Assembly (NCBI RefSeq): GCF_902826655.1
Contig: NZ_CADEFR010000011.1
Span: 28,214 to 92,213 of the forward strand
Source of the DNA: an uncultured Methylibium sp.
Lineage (GTDB): Bacteria; Pseudomonadota; Gammaproteobacteria; Burkholderiales; Burkholderiaceae_C
Reading direction: 5' to 3'
Length of the DNA: 64,000 nt
Within the stretch, counting starts at the first letter, position 1. Every line of letters starts with the position of its first letter. Under the pieces are notes generated by a model. That model was not told the origin of the DNA. It did not search any database and saw only the letters and a list, made by a program, of their open reading frames with translations. Position numbers and translations under genes: made by a program. Below are positions 16,409 to 24,360 of the stretch, in pieces.

Positions 16409-17977
16409 TCAGATCGTTCGTGCCGTCATCTGCCTGGCGATGTAGTCGGCCTGACGGATCGCGAGGGTCACGATGGTCAGCGTGGGGTTCTCCGCGCCGC
16501 CGGTCGTGAACTGGCTGCCGTCCGAGATGAAGAGGTTGCCGATGTCGTGCGTCTGGCCGTAGGCGTTGCAGACGCTGTCCTTCGCGCTGGCGCCCATGCG
16601 GCAGGTGCCGAGGTTGTGCGTCGACGGATACGGCGGCGTACGGAAGGTCTTGACCGCGCCGGCCGCCTGGTAGATGCGCTCGCCCTGCTGGAAGGCGTGG
16701 TTGCGCATCGCGACGTCGTTGTCGTGGTCGTCGAAGTGGACGTTGGGCGCCGCGTTGCCGTACTTGTCTTTCACGTTCGGGTTCAGCGTCACACGATTGG
16801 TCTCGCGCGGCATGTCTTCGCCGACCAGCCACATGCCGGCCAGGTTCTCGTAGCGCTCCATCCACCACGTGAAGTCCGCGCCCCAGCCGCCCGGGTTGAG
16901 GAAGGCCGCCATGAAGGGCACGCCGAGAGCCAGCGTCTCCATCTCGTAGCCGCCGGCGAAGCCGCGCTGCGTGTCGTGGCCGGCCTCGTCGCGCACGATG
17001 CCTGCCATCGTCGTGCCGCGGTACATGTGCACCGGCTGCTTGAAAGCCGCGTAGACCGAGCCCGTCATGTGGCGCATGTAGTTGCGACCGACCTGGCCGG
17101 AACTGTTCGCCAGCCCGTCCTTGAACTTGTTCGAGGCCGACAGCAACAGCAGCCGCGGCGTCTCGATCGAGTTGCCGGCGACGCAGACGATGCGGGCTTT
17201 CTGGCGCTGCTCCTTGCCGGCCTTGTCGAAGTAGACGACGCCGGTGACCTTGCCGCTGTCGTCGTGCTCGATGCGTGACACGTGCGACTCCGGCCGCAGG
17301 TCGAGCTGACCGGTCGCCTCGGCCTTGGGCAGCTCGGTGTAGAGCGTGGACCACTTCGCGCCGCTCTTGCAGCCCTGGAAGCAGAAGCCCAGCTGCATGC
17401 AACGGCCGCGGCCGTCGCGCGGCTGGCTGTTGATGGCCATGTTGCCGGTGTGCACGTCCTTGTAGCCGAGCTTCTTCGCGCCGGCGTGGAAGACCTTGAA
17501 GTTGTTGTTGCCGGGCAGGCCGGGGATGCCGTGCGTGCGCGTGACGCCCATCTTGTCTTCGGCCTTGGCGTACCAGGGCTCCAGCTCCTTCAGCGTCAGC
17601 GGCCAGTCCATCAGGTTCGCGCCCGGGATGCCGCCATAGACGGTCTTGACGCGGAACTCGTGCTCCTGCAGGCGCAGCGAGGCGCCGGCCCAGTGCGTGG
17701 TCGTGCCGCCGACGGTCTTGCAGATCCACGCCGGCAGGCCGGCGAAGTCCTTGGCCACGCGCCATGAGCCGGAGGTCGTTCGCGGGTCGAGCCAGGCCAG
17801 CTGGCCGAAGGACTTCCATTCGTCGTTGATGAAGCTGGCCGGCGACTGCACGGCACCGGCCTCCAGCACCACGACCTTGATGCCCTTCTGGCACAGCTCG
17901 TTGGCCAGCGTGCCGCCGCCGGCGCCGGAGCCGATGATGACGACGACCGAGTCGTCGGTTTGCTCGAACTTGGCCAT
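16409..17977 (-). CDS. GMC-family FAD oxidoreductase (gluconate 2-dehydrogenase flavoprotein-subunit-like)
   Basis: Has the N-terminal Rossmann motif VVVIIGSGAGGGTLANEL and the C-terminal GMC block (HNLGTCRMG ... GNLFISDGS). GGAGA precedes the ATG. Confidence 0.92.
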   Translation of the reverse strand: MAKFEQTDDSVVVIIGSGAGGGTLANELCQKGIKVVVLEAGAVQSPASFINDEWKSFGQLAWLDPRTTSGSWRVAKDFAGLPAWICKTVGGTTTHWAGASLRLQEHEFRVKTVYGGIPGANLMDWPLTLKELEPWYAKAEDKMGVTRTHGIPGLPGNNNFKVFHAGAKKLGYKDVHTGNMAINSQPRDGRGRCMQLGFCFQGCKSGAKWSTLYTELPKAEATGQLDLRPESHVSRIEHDDSGKVTGVVYFDKAGKEQRQKARIVCVAGNSIETPRLLLLSASNKFKDGLANSSGQVGRNYMRHMTGSVYAAFKQPVHMYRGTTMAGIVRDEAGHDTQRGFAGGYEMETLALGVPFMAAFLNPGGWGADFTWWMERYENLAGMWLVGEDMPRETNRVTLNPNVKDKYGNAAPNVHFDDHDNDVAMRNHAFQQGERIYQAAGAVKTFRTPPYPSTHNLGTCRMGASAKDSVCNAYGQTHDIGNLFISDGSQFTTGGAENPTLTIVTLAIRQADYIARQMTARTI

Positions 17978-18013
17978 GTCCTGTCTCCGTGTCGTTCTGG
18001 GGCGCTCGCGGGC

Positions 18014-18640
18014 TCAGCCGAAGTAGGGCTTCGGACTGGCGGCTTCGGGCGGCGCCGGCAGCCACTTCAGGTCCTGGAAGCCGCGCGTGATGTAGCCGCC
18101 CTTCTCCCAGGCCGACCCGGGATAGCCCAGCGCGGTGAACGCCATGTCGTTGTCGTACAGCGAGGTCACGCACTGGCCACGCACCTTGCCGAAGAAGGGG
18201 CTGCCCTCGATGGCCTTGACCGCAGCCAGTCGCTTGGCCTCGTTGGCCCTGGCGAATCCACCGCTGGCCCGGTTCAGGCCGGCGATGCCCTCGCGCAGCA
18301 ACGTGGCCGTCGCCGGGTCGGACGAGGCCGCGCCGTCCAGGTCCTTGGCGAGGAGCGCATAGACCGCATCGGGCAGCTTGCGGTGTGGGTACAGGGTGCG
18401 GCCCAGCTTCATCAGTGCCTCGCCCTCGGCCTTGCTCAGCGTCTTGAGCTCGACGGCCCAGACCGTCGAAGGCGCCAGCGCTGCGAGCGGGCTGCCGACG
18501 GCCAGGCTGCCGATCAGCACGCCCGAGCCCTTGAGGAACTCGCGCCGGGCCAGCGGCAGGGGGAGCTTGGGAGCGGATGCCGGTGCGTCGTCGCAGCTCG
18601 CGAACGCCACGGCATCCCCGAGGATGGGGACGATCTTCAT
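18014..18640 (-). CDS. Gluconate 2-dehydrogenase subunit-3-family small subunit with a Tat signal
   Basis: A twin-arginine motif (ARREFLKGSG) lies after MKIVPIL. Its position directly upstream of the GMC flavoprotein gene is typical. The start at ATG 18640 is preceded by AGGAGA. Confidence 0.82.
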   Translation of the reverse strand: MKIVPILGDAVAFASCDDAPASAPKLPLPLARREFLKGSGVLIGSLAVGSPLAALAPSTVWAVELKTLSKAEGEALMKLGRTLYPHRKLPDAVYALLAKDLDGAASSDPATATLLREGIAGLNRASGGFARANEAKRLAAVKAIEGSPFFGKVRGQCVTSLYDNDMAFTALGYPGSAWEKGGYITRGFQDLKWLPAPPEAASPKPYFG

Positions 18641-18781
18641 GCCTTGTCTCCTGTGTTCTTCGTGGCCCATGTCGATGCCGGGCCTGCGAATCAGTATTGC
18701 ACCAGCCTTCGCGGGGCGGGTGATAGTTGGCTACCTACCAGGGTCGCCCGTTCGTCCGCAGGCCGCTGCTACGATGACCGC

Positions 18782-19360
18782 ATGGCCAATCGACTGACGC
18801 AGATCGCCACCCGCACCGGCGACGACGGCACCACCGGGTTGGGCGACGGCAGTCGCGTCCCCAAGGACCACCTGCGCGTGCAGGCCATGGGCGACGTCGA
18901 CGAGCTGAACTCGACGCTCGGCCTGCTGCTCTGCGAGCCGCTGCCGGATGCGGTGCGGGCCTTGCTGGTGACGATCCAGCACGAGCTCTTCAACCTGGGC
19001 GGAGAACTGTCGATCCCGGGCTATGCGCTGCTGAAGGACGAGGCCGTGGCGGCGCTCGATGCCGCGCTGGCCGAGCACAACGCGCAACTGCCGCGGCTGC
19101 AGGAATTCATCCTGCCGGCCGGCACCCGCAGCGCGGCGATCGCGCACGTCGGGCGGACCGTCGCGCGTCGTGCCGAGCGTGCCGTGGTGGCCCTGGCCAA
19201 CGCGGAAAGTGGCGCGGTGCGCGAGGCGGCGCGCCAGTATCTGAATCGCCTGAGCGACCTGCTGTTCGTGCTGGCGCGGGTGTTGAACCGCGCCAATCTC
19301 GACGGCCTGGGCGGCGACGACGTCTATTGGCGCAGCCCGAAGCTGGAAGCTTCGGGCTGA
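18782..19360 (+). CDS. PduO-type ATP:cob(I)alamin adenosyltransferase
   Basis: MANRLTQIATRTGDDGTTGL ... MGDVDELNS ... IQHELFNLGGEL ... FILPAG ... ARTVARRAER are characteristic PduO/MMAB motifs. Confidence 0.9.
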   Translation: MANRLTQIATRTGDDGTTGLGDGSRVPKDHLRVQAMGDVDELNSTLGLLLCEPLPDAVRALLVTIQHELFNLGGELSIPGYALLKDEAVAALDAALAEHNAQLPRLQEFILPAGTRSAAIAHVGRTVARRAERAVVALANAESGAVREAARQYLNRLSDLLFVLARVLNRANLDGLGGDDVYWRSPKLEASG

Positions 19361-19372
19361 CGCCGCGCTGCC

Positions 19373-19678
19373 CTACTTGGCCGGCGCCTGGTAGCCGAGC
19401 GCGAACTCGGTGCTGCTGAGCATGCCGTCCTTGTCGGTGTCCAGCGCCTCGAAGCGCGCGGCGATGGCCGGCAGGGCGACGGCCTCCGAGGGGCTCAGCT
19501 TGCCGTCGCTGTTGGCATCGGCGCGCTTGAAGGCGGCCTGGGCCGTGGCGTCGGCCGGCTTGGCCGCCGGCATCGTGGTCTGAGCCTGGGCCACCGCGGC
19601 GCCGGCCACCGAGAAGGCGGCCACCGTCACGCCGAGGATGCGTCGGGCCTGGGCTTGCATGGTGCGAGTGCGAGTCAT
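19373..19678 (-). CDS. Secreted EF-hand calcium-binding protein
   Basis: Signal peptide plus two canonical EF loops, DANSDGKLSPSE and DTDKDGMLSSTE. The start at ATG 19678 has AAGGA 6 nt upstream. Confidence 0.8.
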   Translation of the reverse strand: MTRTRTMQAQARRILGVTVAAFSVAGAAVAQAQTTMPAAKPADATAQAAFKRADANSDGKLSPSEAVALPAIAARFEALDTDKDGMLSSTEFALGYQAPAK

Positions 19679-19831
19679 CGTCTGTCCTTTCGGATCGATT
19701 GCGGGAACCCTCATTGCAGCCGCCAATGCCCCCTGAGGCCAGCACTCTTGCCGGGCCTTGCCTGCGTTACCCGAAGACCTGTCTTGCTTACTTGCGATAG
19801 CACACGCTCACTTTGTTGCTGAACGTCAAGC

Positions 19832-20950
19832 TCAGCCGCGACGCGCCCGGACCGCTGCGGCCAGGATGTCCAGCACCTCCAGCGAATCGTCCCAGCCGAT
19901 GCACGCGTCGGTGATGCTCTGGCCGTAGGCCAGCTGGGTCGGGTCGTCCCTGCCGGCGCTGAACTTCTGGGCACCGGCCTGCAGATGGCTCTCGACCATC
20001 ACCCCGAAGACCTGACGGCTGCCGCCGGCAGTCTGCCCGGCGATGTCACGCGCCACGTCGAGCTGCTTCTGGTGCTGCTTGCTGCTGTTGGCATGCGAGC
20101 AGTCGACCATCAGCGTCGCGGGCAGGCCGGCCTTGGCCAGTTCGGCGCAGGCCGCGCCGACGCTGGCTGCGTCGTAGTTCGGCGCCTTGCCACCGCGCAG
20201 GATGACGTGGCAGTCCTTGTTGCCGCGGGTCTCGACGATCGCGACCTGGCCGTTCTTGTGCACCGACAGGAAGTGGTGCGGGCGGCTCGCCGACTGGATC
20301 GCGTCGACGGCGATCCGCAGGTTGCCGTCGGTGCCGTTCTTGAAGCCGATCGGCGCGCTGATGCCCGAGGCCAGCTCGCGATGCACCTGGCTCTCGGTGG
20401 TGCGGGCGCCGATCGCGCCCCAGGAGATCAGGTCGCCGATGTACTGCGGCGAGATCACGTCGAGGAACTCGCTGCCCGCCGGCAGGCCCAGCCGGCCGAT
20501 CTCGAGCAGCAGCTGGCGCGCGATGCGCAGGCCCTCGTCGATGCGGAAGCTCTCGTCGAGGTAGGGGTCGTTGATCAGTCCCTTCCAGCCGACCGTCGTG
20601 CGCGGCTTCTCGAAGTAGACGCGCATCACCACCTCGAGCTCGCCTGCGTGCTTCTCGCGCTGGACCCTGAGCTTGCGGGCGTACTCGATCGCGGCCGCCG
20701 GGTCGTGGATCGAGCACGGTCCCATGATGACCAGCAGGCGGTCGTCCTGGCCGTTCATGATGTCGCGGATGCGGCGCCGGGTGCTGACCACCAGCTCCTC
20801 GACCGCCGTACCGCGCACCGGGAAGAAGCGGATCAGGTGTTCGGGCGGCGGCAGCGGCATCACGTCCTCGATGCGCTCGTCGTCGGTCTGGCTGGTCTTG
20901 TCGGCGGGCGGTGCCCATCCCTCGGGGACATTGGCGGACAGGGCATTCAT
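19832..20950 (-). CDS. 3-deoxy-7-phosphoheptulonate (DAHP) synthase, class I (AroF/G/H type)
   Basis: 372 aa with LLVIMGPCSIHD, KPRTTVGWKGLINDP, IGARTTESQVHRELASG and MVDCSHANS. The ATG at 20950 is preceded by GGAGAAG. Confidence 0.95.
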   Translation of the reverse strand: MNALSANVPEGWAPPADKTSQTDDERIEDVMPLPPPEHLIRFFPVRGTAVEELVVSTRRRIRDIMNGQDDRLLVIMGPCSIHDPAAAIEYARKLRVQREKHAGELEVVMRVYFEKPRTTVGWKGLINDPYLDESFRIDEGLRIARQLLLEIGRLGLPAGSEFLDVISPQYIGDLISWGAIGARTTESQVHRELASGISAPIGFKNGTDGNLRIAVDAIQSASRPHHFLSVHKNGQVAIVETRGNKDCHVILRGGKAPNYDAASVGAACAELAKAGLPATLMVDCSHANSSKQHQKQLDVARDIAGQTAGGSRQVFGVMVESHLQAGAQKFSAGRDDPTQLAYGQSITDACIGWDDSLEVLDILAAAVRARRG

Positions 20951-20997
20951 CGGGGCTTCTCCAGTGGCGGATCGGGGTTCGTGAGGGCGTGCGGACG

Positions 20998-21029
20998 AAA
21001 AAAAACCGCCGGGGGAGGCCCGGCGGTTT
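20998..21029 (-). terminator. Rho-independent terminator between the leader ORF and the DAHP synthase gene
   Basis: The minus strand reads AAACCGCCGGG-CCUCC-CCCGGCGGUUU followed by UUUUUU. This gives an 11-bp stem, a 5-nt loop and a 9-U run, ending 47 nt before the DAHP synthase ATG. Confidence 0.8.
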
Positions 21030-21051
21030 GGGGATTCGGCTGCGCTGCGTC

Positions 21052-21126
21052 TTAAGCGCTGGCCTCTCCTCCGCCGGGGCGGTGCGAGAACCAGAAGTAC
21101 GCAAAAAAGTAGGCGTTCGAGCGCAT
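21052..21126 (-). CDS. Candidate attenuator leader peptide MRSNAYFFAYFWFSHRPGGGEASA (24 aa)
   Basis: This small ORF is not in the supplied track (below its size cutoff). Codons 6-13 read Y F F A Y F W F. The TAA stop lies 22 nt before the terminator stem. No clear SD sequence precedes the ATG. Confidence 0.55.
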   Translation of the reverse strand: MRSNAYFFAYFWFSHRPGGGEASA

Positions 21127-21195
21127 ACGCTGGAATGTAGCACGGGGTCGGCGCCACGGCCGCGCGCTGTTGCGCCCGCGCCGCGCGGTCTTCGG

Positions 21196-22413
21196 TCAGT
21201 AGGCCGCGGCCTCGAAGCCCTGGGCCTGCAGTGCCGCAATCACGGCACCGATGTGCTCGTGGTTGCGCGTCTGCAGCACCAGCTCGACCTCGACGTTGAG
21301 TGCCGCCAGCATCGTGAAGGCGCGCTGGTGATGTACCTCCTCGATGTTGGCGCCAGCCTCGGCCACCACCGCGGTGATGCGCGCCAGCGCGCCCGGCGTA
21401 TCGCGCGCGCCGACGCGGATCCGCGCCAGGCGGCCGGCGCGCACCATGCCGCGCTCGATGATCGCGGCCAGCAGCAGCGGGTCGATGTTGCCGCCGCACA
21501 GCACCAGGCCGACCTTGCGGCCCGCGAAGCGCCGGGGATCCTTCAGCAGCGCGGCGAGGCCGGCGGCGCCGGCGCCTTCGACGAGCGTCTTCTCGATCTC
21601 GAGCAGCATCACGATCGCCTGCTCGATGTCGCCCTCGTCGACCAGCACCATGTCGTCGACCAGGGCCTTGATCAGCTCGCGCGTGAGGCGCCCCGGCTCG
21701 CCGACCGCGATGCCTTCGGCGATGGTGCTCGACCCTTGCGGATGGGTCGTGCCCTTGATCGCGTTGACCATCGCCGGGAAGCGCGAGGTCTGCACGCCGA
21801 CGATCTGCAGCGAGGGTTTCAGGGCCCGCGCGACCGTGGCGATGCCGGAGATCATGCCGCCGCCGCCGACGGCGATCACCAGCGTGTCGAGGTCGGGCTG
21901 CTGGCGCAGCATCTCGAGCGCGATCGTGCCCTGGCCCGCGATCACCAGCGGGTCGTCGAAGGGGTGGACGAAGGCCAGGCCTTCGGCCTCGGCGACGCGC
22001 ATGGCCTCGGCGCGCGCCTCGTCGAAGCTCTCGCCGTGCAGCAGCACCTCGGCGCCGAAGCCGCGGGTGCGCGCGACCTTCACCGTCGGCGTGTGCAGCG
22101 GCATCACGATCACCGCGCGCAGGCCCAGCCGTTGCGCGTGGTGGGCCACGCCCTGGGCGTGGTTGCCTGCCGAGGCCGCGATCACGCCTTTGAGGGAGGC
22201 GCCGTCCCGGGCCAGCGTCAGCAGCTTGTTCAGCGCGCCGCGCTCCTTGAAGGAGGCGGTGAACTGCAGGTTCTCGAATTTCAGGAAGACCTGGGCGCCG
22301 GTGATCTGCGACAGCGTCTTCGACTCGACGCAGGGCGTCTCCAGCACCTGGCCGCTCAGGCGCCCGGCAGCGGCTTCGACATCGGCCAGCGTGACCGGTG
22401 CCGCAACGCTCAA
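21196..22413 (-). CDS. ilvA: Threonine ammonia-lyase (threonine dehydratase, short form with one ACT-like domain)
   Basis: PLP motif FKFENLQFTASFKERGA, then GNHAQGVA, and a C-terminal ACT-like region. The proposed TTG start at 22413 has GGAGG 6 nt upstream and overlaps the tldD stop (TTGA). The track ORF 21196..23901 is an artefactual extension over tldD. Confidence 0.88.
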   Translation of the reverse strand: MSVAAPVTLADVEAAAGRLSGQVLETPCVESKTLSQITGAQVFLKFENLQFTASFKERGALNKLLTLARDGASLKGVIAASAGNHAQGVAHHAQRLGLRAVIVMPLHTPTVKVARTRGFGAEVLLHGESFDEARAEAMRVAEAEGLAFVHPFDDPLVIAGQGTIALEMLRQQPDLDTLVIAVGGGGMISGIATVARALKPSLQIVGVQTSRFPAMVNAIKGTTHPQGSSTIAEGIAVGEPGRLTRELIKALVDDMVLVDEGDIEQAIVMLLEIEKTLVEGAGAAGLAALLKDPRRFAGRKVGLVLCGGNIDPLLLAAIIERGMVRAGRLARIRVGARDTPGALARITAVVAEAGANIEEVHHQRAFTMLAALNVEVELVLQTRNHEHIGAVIAALQAQGFEAAAY

Positions 22414-23873
22414 GCCGTGCCTCCGACGGTCAGACCGTCGATGCGCAGAGTGGGTTGACCGACGCCGACCGGCACGCTCTGGCCTTCCTTGCCGCAGGTG
22501 CCGACGCCGGTGTCGAGCTTCATGTCGTTGCCGACCATCTTGACGCGCGTCAGTGCATCCGGACCGTTGCCGATGATGGTCGCACCCTTGACCGGGTACT
22601 GGATGCGGCCGTTCTCGACCCAGAAGGCTTCGCTGGCGGAGAAGACGAACTTGCCGCTGGTGATGTCGACCTGGCCGCCGCCGAAGTTGGTGGCGTACAG
22701 GCCCTTCTTCATCGACGCGACGATCTCGTCGCTGGTCTTGTCGCCGCCCAGCATGTAGGTGTTGGTCATGCGCGGCATCGGCACGTGCGCATAGCTCTCG
22801 CGGCGACCGTTGCCGGTGGGGGCGACCTTCATCAGGCGCGCGTTCATCGAGTCCTGGATGTAGCCCCGCAGGATGCCATCCTCGATCAGCACGTTGCGCT
22901 GCGTCGCGTTGCCCTCGTCGTCGACATTGAGCGAGCCGCGGCGGTCGGGGAGGGTGCCGTCGTCGAGCACGGTCACCCCCTTGGCCGCAACGCGCTGGCC
23001 GATCTTGCCGCTGAAGGCCGACGAGCCCTTGCGGTTGAAGTCGCCTTCCAGGCCGTGGCCGATGGCCTCGTGCAGCAGGATGCCGGGCCAGCCCGGGCCC
23101 AGCACCACGGTCATCTCGCCGGCCTTGGCGGGCCGGCTCTCGAGGTTGGTCAGCGCGGCGTTGACGGCCTGGTCGACATAGCCCGCGATCATGTCGTCGT
23201 GGAAGTAGCCGAGGCCGAAGCGCCCGCCGCCGCCGCTGGAGCCCATCTCGCGGCGACCGTTCTGCTCGGCGATCACCGTCACCGACAGGCGCACCAGCGG
23301 GCGCACGTCGGCGGCGATCGTGCCGTCGGCGCGCGCCACCAGCACCACGTCGTACTCGCTCGCCACGCCGGCCATCACCTGGGCGATGCGCGGGTCCTTG
23401 GCGCGCGCCATCTTCTCGACCTTCTCGAGCAGCGCCACCTTCTGCGTGCTGTCGAGCGTGGCGATCGGGTCCATCGGCGCGTAGAGCACGCGGCTGCCCG
23501 CCAGCTTGGCGGCGCCGCCGACCTTGACCTTGCGGCTCGCGCCCGAAGCCGCGATCGTCCGCACCGTGCGCGCGGCGTCCAGCAGCGCGGCCTCGGAGAT
23601 GTCGTCGCTGTAGGCGAAGGCGGTCTTCTCGCCGACCACCGCGCGCACGCCCACGCCCTGGTCGATGCCGAAGCTGCCGCTCTTGACGATGCCTTCCTCC
23701 AGGCTCCAGCCTTCGCTGCGCGTGTACTGGAAATAGAGGTCGGCGTCGTCGATGCGGTGCTCGCCGATCGTGCGCAGCGCGCCGGCCAGCTTGCCTTCGT
23801 CGAGACCGTAGGGCTCGAGCAGCAGCGTTCTGGCGACCGCCAGACGCTCGACGGTGGGTTCGCGAGAGATCAT
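22410..23873 (-). CDS. tldD: Metalloprotease TldD
   Basis: 487 aa with DLYFQYTRSEGWSLEEG, HEAIGHGLEGD (the HExxxH variant typical of TldD) and a C-terminal GxC block. Confidence 0.95.
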   Translation of the reverse strand: MISREPTVERLAVARTLLLEPYGLDEGKLAGALRTIGEHRIDDADLYFQYTRSEGWSLEEGIVKSGSFGIDQGVGVRAVVGEKTAFAYSDDISEAALLDAARTVRTIAASGASRKVKVGGAAKLAGSRVLYAPMDPIATLDSTQKVALLEKVEKMARAKDPRIAQVMAGVASEYDVVLVARADGTIAADVRPLVRLSVTVIAEQNGRREMGSSGGGGRFGLGYFHDDMIAGYVDQAVNAALTNLESRPAKAGEMTVVLGPGWPGILLHEAIGHGLEGDFNRKGSSAFSGKIGQRVAAKGVTVLDDGTLPDRRGSLNVDDEGNATQRNVLIEDGILRGYIQDSMNARLMKVAPTGNGRRESYAHVPMPRMTNTYMLGGDKTSDEIVASMKKGLYATNFGGGQVDITSGKFVFSASEAFWVENGRIQYPVKGATIIGNGPDALTRVKMVGNDMKLDTGVGTCGKEGQSVPVGVGQPTLRIDGLTVGGTA

Positions 23874-24016
23874 GGGTCGATTCTAGGCAGCTGCCCACCA
23901 CCCTGCGCTTGAAGTTTCTTTACCGCCGCGATACCGATCGCGGTCCGCGGCGGCCCGCCCCGGGCGCGTTGTGCAGACGTGGGGTCGTCCCACCGAACGC
24001 AGCGAAAGGAAACCGC

Positions 24017-24352
24017 ATGCACACCGCCCGCACCCTGGCCGCCCTTGCCCTGCTCACGCTGGCTGGTACCGGCATCGCCCAAGCCACCCCGTACCGCGCT
24101 GCCGCGCCGGACCGCCACGAGTGGCAGCAGGACCAGCGCATCCGTCAGGGCCTCGCCAGCGGCGCGCTGACGCGGCACGAAGCGCGCGTGCTGAATCAGC
24201 GCCAGGACCGCATCGACGCGCTGGAGCGGCGATTCCGCGCCGACGGTCGCTACACCCCGCAGGAGCGCCGCCAGGTCGCCCAGCTGGAGCGCGATCTCGA
24301 CCGCGACATCACGCGCGAACTGCGCGATCGCCAGACCGCCTGGCATCGCTGA
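24017..24352 (+). CDS. Small secreted helical protein of unknown function (two Arg/Glu/Gln-rich repeats, CpxP/Spy-like flavour)
   Basis: Signal peptide MHTARTLAALALLTLAGTGIAQA. AAGGAAA lies upstream of ATG 24017. The mature part contains LTRHEARVLNQRQDRI and YTPQERRQVAQLERDL. Confidence 0.6.
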   Translation: MHTARTLAALALLTLAGTGIAQATPYRAAAPDRHEWQQDQRIRQGLASGALTRHEARVLNQRQDRIDALERRFRADGRYTPQERRQVAQLERDLDRDITRELRDRQTAWHR

Positions 24353-24360
24353 AGCGCCGC

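Noticed and set aside
18641-18781. Possible cobalamin riboswitch upstream of the PduO-type adenosyltransferase
   Set aside because: No B12-box (GCCACTG-like) or the expected conserved helices were visible. The region is better explained as a divergent promoter spacer.
19679-19831. Relatively AT-rich spacer between the DAHP synthase stop and the EF-hand gene, with TTGACG and TGCTAT hexamers
   Set aside because: The hexamer spacing is about 21 nt, which is too long for a sigma-70 promoter. No convincing terminator hairpin or conserved RNA motif was recognisable by eye.
21196-23901. 901-aa ORF apparently fusing a large N-terminal region to the threonine dehydratase
   Set aside because: The N-terminal 495 residues are an out-of-frame read over tldD and are Arg/Gly/Asp/Pro-rich. 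The dehydratase homology begins at the TTG at 22413, which has a GGAGG SD sequence.
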